Origin: Mytilus trossulus
Taxonomy: Eukaryota
Length of the DNA stretch: 64,000 nucleotides
Direction of reading: 5' to 3'
Assembly (NCBI RefSeq): GCF_036588685.1
Contig: NC_086380.1
Span: 33,658,313 to 33,722,312, forward strand
Shown: positions 60,151 to 64,000 of the stretch, piece after piece
Position numbering within the stretch: the stretch's first letter is position 1
Layout: every line of letters starts with the position of its first letter
Program-made: the position numbers and the translations under genes
The notes under the pieces: generated by a model
What the model saw: the letters and a program-made list of their open reading frames with translations, nothing else
Told to the model about the DNA's origin: nothing
Database searches by the model: none

Positions 60151-63100
60151 GAGGATCCAACCTCTCCAGAACTCCCACCCTCTGAATCTACCACTGCCCC
60201 TAAAGTATGGTACATGATCTAATTTGAACCTGCTTAGTTATAAAAAAGAAGATGAGGTATGATTGCCAATGAGACAACTATCCACTATCCACTAAAGACC
60301 AAAATGACACAAACATTAACAATTATAATATGTTTAAAGTGAATATTGTATGCAATTTTTAAAAGAAATATAAGGGGAATTTCGAAAAGAAATGTCAAAA
60401 TCTTGTCATGATGAGTAATTGTTAAATGTGACGAAAAAGTTAAAATTAAAAATAGTTGTTAATTATGTACTGATAATTATAAACCAAATAGTTATACCAA
60501 ACATTTTTAAGAATTACACTGATTTTAGAAAAATATGATGCCGAATGGACAAATGTCATTTTTAGAAATTTCTTAATTAAATTAAATTTGAAACAAGTTA
60601 TCTCCCTTGCTTAAAAGTAAAAGTTTTCAGCTGTGTAAAGACAAAGCAAAGAAACAAACAACTATTTCGCTTAAATACAACATTCGAGGCTAATTGATGA
60701 AACTTGATTACAAATATTTTTCAACCAAATGTGAATACTGTGGATTCCTTATTATTGACAGTTTTTTTTATTATTATTATTCATGTGAATGACAAATTTT
60801 AGGTTTTCACAAAATTATTTTTTGGGGGATTTGTATGGAGAATTTGTAAAATGTCTGAATGAAAGCATATTATTGGGGGTTAGAGTTAAAAATGAACCCA
60901 AGAATGATATATTTGAAGCAAAATAATTAGATACTTCTGTTTAATACTAGGGATTTTTATCTAAATAACTCTGGGAAATGATGATAGTTTCAGATAAATA
61001 AGAATGAAGGTTTAAGGGGGGTATTTGAAATGATTTAAATACTTGTTCTTCCCACTTGGTCAAAGCATTAAGTGAATTTAATTTAAAAGGTAGATTATAA
61101 TTTTGAAATGTTACTTTTACTTCACCATTATCTTGTTAGCAATCAGTGCTTTTAAGAAACAGATACCCTGAAATAATTTTGATGACGCTTAAGTATATAA
61201 CATTTTGGGTAATTTTTCACAATAAGGTATTTGAATTCAATCTAAGATACAAATATATTTTTAATATTTTGGTTTCCAATACATCATAATATGTCAAATA
61301 TAATTTAGAATTTGATTAAAGACCTTTGTTTTTGACATTGTTTCGAAAATTATAAAACTTTTTTACAGATTTAAGCTCAAAATTATAATTTTTTTAATAC
61401 TTAAATTACCAAACAAATATCAAATATTTTCATTTCAGAATTACATATAAAGATTCCCTCAAAAGCAGAACACCATATCCTGAACACTTGAAAACCATGA
61501 CACCATTCAAAGAACCAATGAAAAAACAAAAGAAACAACCAGACCCTAGCAACTGCAAGCTACTCCAAAGAGAAACTATGTTAGTAATAGATAAGAAACG
61601 CAGCGCTCTGAGCTCAATGTATTTCTGAAATGGTCATTTGATATTTGCTTAGTCTTCAAAAAAAAAATCAAGATGAACATTAATGTTCAGCTATGAAACT
61701 TTAAATGCAGATGACAAACTTTAATTTAGTTTCAAGTACAAATGTACTGTTATTCTCCAATTTGACAATCAAGATGTATTGAAAACAGTAAAATATTTAG
61801 GGAAGTTGTTAAATTACAAAACTGAAATTTCAGTTTTATCATTTAAACGAGTGTATCACCAAAAACTGCATGAATTGTTTTGAAAATTTCAACCACCCGA
61901 AAGCACTAACAATGCAAACAAGACAATGTTTAAAAATGTTTTATAAATATCTGTTGATCATTTGATCCAAGGACCTTAAACTGTTTTACAACCTAATAAA
62001 CCTCATCCTAAGTTATTTCAACTATCACCCTTTCTGCATTGATCAATTTGATAAAGAAATTAAATAAATGGGCGTTCCACTCTGGGTTAATCTCCAACCT
62101 CTTTTTTAGCTTCAAATGTTGTTGCATATATAAGTATGGAGATTTGTCACATTGGCACTCATACCACATCTTCCTATATATATCAATTTAACTATTGAAA
62201 TTGATGGGCAAACCATTTTGCTGCATTTCAGAAGAAAATCTTGTTCAATGGTTAAATAGTGTTGTAATCAAATTAAATCAATCTTCTTCCACGGTTTTAT
62301 CATTTAATATCCAGTTTTTAATGTATATTATAATTTGTATGCCTGAATCTTTTTTTGAGTTTTTTTCGGTCAAATTTCTAACTTGGTTGTTCACATGAAA
62401 TGCTTAATAAAAATCTCTGTCATTTATGTATTCAAGCTGAATATGTTCTCAAATAAAATACTTTTTGGTAATTTTTAAATATGAAATGAAAATTATTCCA
62501 GAATCCACCGACAAGAATCAAATAAGTACCACTTGTATTTATATCGGCATATTTATCTTAATATTTTTAAATTATGAGAAGGTGTCCATGGCTTTAATTA
62601 ATCAAATTATTATTTGGCTACAGTTAAAAATTATTGGATGAAAACTTTTACAACAACAAAAAAATGCTCGACATAATCTTCCAGAATCGTTGATGGTGAA
62701 TGTTTGGGATAATCATAAATATTTTTTTTTATTACAATATCAACTAATTTCAGAAATTCAAAATCTTATTCAATTAATCTGAACCAAACCATATTTTCCC
62801 CAATTACTAAATACTTTGCAGACATATCTTAATTTTCAAGCAGTTTTTTACCACTTCCCAAGGGTAAAATATACATGAATTTGATCTTGGCATAGTGTAC
62901 CTGAATTTTACTTCACAAATTTAGAGCAAAATTGCATCATTTGTTGAAATACCATATCGTATTGATACCCTTATTTTATACAACTTGCCTCCCCTTCTAA
63001 TTTAGTGAATTTTTATTTCGCTACTCAGTGGCAGAATCCAGAACTTTTCATGAGGGGGCCCCCTCTAGTCATACTACAGTGATTCCTTATATAATCAACC

Positions 63101-63321
63101 AAAAGGAGTATGTTCGATAAGGTCCTAAAATGCTTAAGTTTCAAATTCAGATTAATCGACCAATATCACGATAAATTACAGCTAATCCATTGACTAGCTA
63201 GGATATACACAATTTTGTTGGAAATTTTACGTTTCTGCGTTTCATTATGACGTCACAAGTTGAACTCATATTGATTTTCACGAAAAAATCAATGAAAATG
63301 GGTAAATTTCCATAGATTATT

Positions 63322-63440
63322 GGACAGGAAATATAGAGCGCATACGTCGACAACAAAGATCTTTTAAAATAATGTTTGTGAAGACATTTCACACGTCTTA
63401 TTTGAATCTTAAGCTTGTCGACGCCTGCGCTCTATGTTTC
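63322..63440. repeat. Imperfect inverted repeat (about 27-bp arms, about 65-bp spacer)
   Basis: ggaaatatagagcgcatacgtcgacaa opposed to ttgtcgacgcctgcgctctatgtttcc. Confidence 0.6.
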
Positions 63441-64000
63441 CTGGTCCTTCATTTGGTTGCAATCTGGCTTATTTTGACAAATTTCACCAAAATCCCTTAT
63501 TTTGACCTTTTTGGGATGTAAAAATTAACGTGTTAGAAGTAAACTTTGACAAAAACAGTTCTGTGTAACTTTCTAACATGTCTTTAAGGCAACTTGAAAC
63601 AGTTATTGTCTTGTTACTATGAACTTTATAATTGGGGCCAAATATGGTTCTTACCGAACTTACTCCTTTACCAACAAAAGGGGGGGGCAAGGCTCCCTGG
63701 ATCCACCTATGCTACTGTCATTCAAGATATCAGTGTTTTCATGTAAACCTGAATCATAATTTGTCATTTTACCTTATATTTTCTGTAAAAAACAATACAT
63801 TATTATATTCTGGAACAGTTCAATTGTAAAAACTCTTAGAAGCATATCTTAATTTTCTAAAAAAAAAATATAGAAATTTTTTATTTGTAATCTTTTATTT
63901 AACACATTTATTAATTTGGTTATGCATGAAAAAGGTTTGAACATTTATTTTCATATTCGTTGATTAAAGTAAATTAACATTTCCAATAAAAAAAAAATTA

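Noticed and set aside
1-64000. Prokaryotic-style novel system (defense island, operon, integron)
   Set aside because: Composition, repeat content and the absence of any ORF longer than 140 aa with sensible amino-acid composition indicate eukaryotic, probably bivalve, non-coding repeat-rich DNA. There are no gene clusters to interpret.

Overview
This 64-kb window looks like eukaryotic nuclear DNA. It is AT-rich (roughly 30-35% GC) and extremely repeat-dense. It contains no convincing protein-coding gene, no rRNA, no complete tRNA, no CRISPR array and nothing with prokaryotic operon or defense-island organisation. I tentatively place it in a marine bivalve, probably a mytilid mussel. That call rests only on my recollection of the recurring dispersed motif AGAAGATGTGGTATGATTGCCAATGAGACAAC and of pearl/MgE-type elements that carry an (ACGG)n microsatellite, and it needs BLAST confirmation. 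All six-frame ORFs are 139 aa or shorter, and the longest ones are translations of satellites, microsatellites or homopolymer-rich tracts. The window is organised at several scales. (1) At 38918-52990 there is a ~14-kb palindromic block. A ~170-bp satellite with a higher-order repeat (5.9 kb forward, 5.3 kb reverse) meets at an asymmetric centre near 46218. Each arm also carries the same 1.4-kb unique flank, a MITE copy and an outer 7/11-mer array. A 319-bp SINE-like insertion with a CTAA target-site duplication sits in one arm only. (2) At 4464-15242 there is a ~10.8-kb foldback-like structure whose terminal inverted repeats are built from a 26-bp satellite. (3) At 21180-25375 two tandem-repeat-bearing elements lie head to head. 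Each has ~480-510-bp internal repeats, (ACGG/ACG)n microsatellites, long hairpins, and a hairpin followed by CTAG at the outer end. This is the architecture reported for Helentron-associated pearl/MgE/HINE elements. A related composite element lies at 18620-20760. (4) Several non-autonomous DNA transposons have recognisable target-site duplications: a nested 961-bp hAT-like element with an 8-bp duplication, and a 435-bp MITE with 75-bp TIRs. (5) There are many dispersed repeat copies, microsatellites, minisatellites, hairpins and homopolymer G/C tracts. I do not see a previously undescribed biological system of the prokaryotic kind. The most unusual items are the 14-kb satellite palindrome and the inverted Helentron-like pair.
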